Shown here: positions 61,549 to 64,000 of the stretch, in pieces
How positions within the stretch are numbered: the stretch's first letter is position 1
Layout: every line of letters starts with the position of its first letter
DNA from: Deltaproteobacteria bacterium
GTDB taxonomy: Bacteria > Myxococcota_A > Polyangia > DRWM01 > JAAZOP01
Reading direction: 5' to 3'
NCBI GenBank assembly: GCA_016218815.1
Contig: JACRCX010000124.1
Coordinates: forward strand, 1,427-65,426
DNA length: 64,000 bases
Program-made: the position numbers and the translations under genes
Notes under the pieces: generated by a model
Seen by the model: only the letters and a program-made list of their open reading frames with translations
Told to the model about the DNA's origin: nothing
Databases searched by the model: none

Positions 61549-63003
61549 GTGCAAGGGATCGTCTGCGGGACGGCTCGCTCGCCCCTCGCCGCCCTCCTCG
61601 CCGCCACCCTCGCCGTCCTCGCCCTCGCCGCTCCCCGGCCCGCCGCCGCCGCGCGCTACCGGATCGACACCCGGACCGGGGCGCTCGCCTACCCGGTCGT
61701 CGGTCGCGACGGCCTCGTCGTGCTCGACGAGCGCGTCATCCAATCGCGCGTCCTGCTCATGATCGATGACATCCTCGCCGACGATCCGGACGTGGACGAT
61801 CCGGCGCTCCAACCCGATGTCGCCATGGGCCTCAACCTGCGCTGGTTCGCGAACCCAGGCGTGGCCTCCGCGGCCACCGATCCGTCCAACATGCTGTTCG
61901 TGCCCAACGCGCAGGACATGGGCCTCGAGGTGCTCTGGGCCTGGGTCGAGGCGACCGACCTCCTCGGCGGATGGCTCAACGCGCGACTCGGCCGCATCGT
62001 CCACGAAGGGCCCCTGGGTTGGCGGTCGGACGACGGCGCCCGCGTCCGCTTCGACCCCTTCCCCTGGCTCGGCCTCTCCGTTGTCGGCGGCTTCGAGAAC
62101 GTCCGCGGCCTCCGTCTCTCCAACTCGCCCTTCGCCCCGGAAGGCGTCGACCGCTGGAGCCAGGAAGGGGAGGGCGCCGACCGCTACCGCCTCCACGCCC
62201 CGGTCGAGCATCGCCCGACCGTCGGCGCGATGCTCGACGGGACCGCCGGCCCCGTCCAGTGGGCGGCGGCGTACCGCCGCACTTGGCGTTCGGTCGAGGG
62301 CGGCATCTCCGAGGAGCTGCTCGGCGCCGAGCTCTCCGCGGACCTCGAGTTCCTCTCCGCCTTCGGCTCGACCCGCGTCGACCTCGTCACCGGCCTCGTC
62401 GCCGACGCCTCGGCCGAGCTGTCCGCCAAGTTCGACCGGGGCCGGCACCGCCTCGAGGCGCGCTACGAGTACTTCCGACCGACCTTCGACGCGGAGTCGG
62501 TCTTCTGGGTCTTCGCCGCCGATCCGTTCCACGAAGTCACCCTGCGCTACCGCTTCCCGCTCGCCGGCGCTCTGCGCGGCGAGGCGTGGGCCAGCGCCCG
62601 ACACATCGAGGATCCCGGCGGCGACGTTGCGATCGAGTCCCTCGCCGGTCCGTTCACCGACCTGGGCGGCGGGCTCGGCCTGTCCCTCGCCACGCCCGAC
62701 TTCTCGGCGTCGCTGCGCTGGAAGGCGATCGTCGGCTCGACCACCTCGCTGGCGGGCGCCGATCTGACCGTCGACGTCCCGCTGGGCGACCGCTGGTCCC
62801 TCTTCGCGATCGGCTCCGGATGGTACTACGAGGATCTCCTGCGCGACGCGTCCTACGGCGTCGGCGGCGCCGGGCGCGCCGGCGCCGCCGTGACGATCTA
62901 CGAGGGCATCCGCCTGGAGGCCGAGGCGCAGGTCGCGCACGACACCCGCGAAGGCACCACCTTCGCGGTGTTCACATGGCTGGACCTGGGGGTGGCATTG
63001 TGA
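61549..63003 (+). CDS. Putative outer-membrane beta-barrel (porin partner of multiheme cytochrome)
   Basis: Signal ending AAAA-RYR, alternating amphipathic strands, ARLGR..DGARV, terminal WLDLGVAL; start uncertain (61522 or 61549). Confidence 0.72.
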   Translation: MQGIVCGTARSPLAALLAATLAVLALAAPRPAAAARYRIDTRTGALAYPVVGRDGLVVLDERVIQSRVLLMIDDILADDPDVDDPALQPDVAMGLNLRWFANPGVASAATDPSNMLFVPNAQDMGLEVLWAWVEATDLLGGWLNARLGRIVHEGPLGWRSDDGARVRFDPFPWLGLSVVGGFENVRGLRLSNSPFAPEGVDRWSQEGEGADRYRLHAPVEHRPTVGAMLDGTAGPVQWAAAYRRTWRSVEGGISEELLGAELSADLEFLSAFGSTRVDLVTGLVADASAELSAKFDRGRHRLEARYEYFRPTFDAESVFWVFAADPFHEVTLRYRFPLAGALRGEAWASARHIEDPGGDVAIESLAGPFTDLGGGLGLSLATPDFSASLRWKAIVGSTTSLAGADLTVDVPLGDRWSLFAIGSGWYYEDLLRDASYGVGGAGRAGAAVTIYEGIRLEAEAQVAHDTREGTTFAVFTWLDLGVAL

Positions 63004-64000
63004 GGGGGCCAGGGAAAGGGGGAAGGGGGCTAGAGGGGGCTGGGGGTCGGGGACTGGGGGCTGGCAGAACCGGACGGGAGGCTGGCTTCCACTGCCGAAC
63101 CGCGGGCTTCAGCCCGCGGCTGCCGGTCCACCGCAGCCGCGCCCTGGCCCCGAAGGGACTCGGCGGAACTGCCGCCGAGCAGGGCGCGGTTCGGTTCGAG
63201 CTGCCGCACTTCCCCTTGTCGGTTCTCGCGGCTCTCGTTGCCCTCGCATTCCTCCCCATCCTCGCCTCCCGCGCCGACGAGTCTGCGCCGTCCGCACGCT
63301 CCTCCTACGACCACGCGCGCCACGCGCCCCACGTTCCCGAGTGCTCCACGTGCCACCGCTATGCGGCGGAGGCATCGCCGGGCGCCGAGGTCCCGGCGCC
63401 GCAGTTCGAGCGGCCCGCCGAGTCGGACTGCACGGGGTGCCACCCGTTCGACCGGCCGTCGCCCGCGGAACGAGTGGACCGCGCCGATCCCGAGGTCTGC
63501 GGCGTCTGCCACGCGCTCGACGAGCGCGGGCGCATTTCGCTCCCCGCGGTCCAGCCGCGCTTCCCGGCGCTCGATTTCGATCACCGGGCCCACGACCAGG
63601 ACTCGGCCGCGCCGTGCTCCGCGTGCCACGACGCCGAGCAGCTCGCGTCCCGCGCCACGCCATCGATGCAGGGCTGCATGACCTGCCACGACGACGCGCT
63701 CGACGGCGGCTGCGCGATCTGCCATCTGCACGACGAGGTCGGACGGCTGATCGTCGATCGCCCCGACCACCCCCGCCTCGTGCCGACCGAATGGATGGGC
63801 GATCTGTGGCATGGATCGGACTTCGACACGGCGCACGGCGTGGCCGCCCGAACCAAGCGCGACGTCTGCGACTCCTGCCACGAGCCGACCTTCTGCGAAG
63901 GCTGCCACCTGGGCGAGGCGCTCGAGCAGCGGTTCCATCCCGCGGGCTGGATCACCCTCCACGGCGCCGCCGAGCGCTCGACGGACCTGGACTGCGAGAC
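63000..64000 (+). CDS. Multiheme c-type cytochrome (3' truncated; absent from ORF track)
   Basis: Manual translation: CSTCH, CTGCH, CGVCH, CSACH, CMTCH, CAICH, CDSCH, CEGCH and a probable ninth starting at the edge; YDHARH/FDHRAH; hydrophobic signal ~63215-63275; frame open from GTG 63000. Confidence 0.9.
   Translation, partial: MRGPGKGGRGLEGAGGRGLGAGRTGREAGFHCRTAGFSPRLPVHRSRALAPKGLGGTAAEQGAVRFELPHFPLSVLAALVALAFLPILASRADESAPSARSSYDHARHAPHVPECSTCHRYAAEASPGAEVPAPQFERPAESDCTGCHPFDRPSPAERVDRADPEVCGVCHALDERGRISLPAVQPRFPALDFDHRAHDQDSAAPCSACHDAEQLASRATPSMQGCMTCHDDALDGGCAICHLHDEVGRLIVDRPDHPRLVPTEWMGDLWHGSDFDTAHGVAARTKRDVCDSCHEPTFCEGCHLGEALEQRFHPAGWITLHGAAERSTDLDCE

Noticed and set aside
63030-63962. 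310-aa minus-strand ORF
   Set aside because: Antisense to the multiheme cytochrome frame.

Overview
Very GC-rich bacterial DNA with a Myxococcota/deltaproteobacterial gene style: many acidic, Cys-rich lipoproteins, a giant TPR protein, FHA and OmpA/TSP3 proteins. I call about 37 CDS. Recognisable genes: an ABC-2 exporter operon, aceB-aceA (glyoxylate shunt), an amidase, an M49-like peptidase, tldD-pmbA, a DciA-like gene, uvrB, a LonC-like protease and panB. At the right edge is a beta-barrel gene followed by a multiheme cytochrome c that the ORF track misses. No tRNA, rRNA, CRISPR array, integrase or transposase was seen. Best leads: (1) a diverged copy of the last 16 codons of the giant TPR gene 5.5 kb downstream, bracketing a probable inserted cassette; (2) a tiny lipoprotein ending in repeated xYGxP motifs, like a radical-SAM splicease substrate; (3) a porin-multiheme cytochrome pair; (4) a Tat/lipobox TldD with a signal-less PmbA partner; (5) several dispersed families of 7/8/9/10-mer periodic and palindromic intergenic repeats, some invading coding frames; (6) a G-to-C strand-skew reversal across the window. 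All calls come from reading motifs by eye; no database searches were run.
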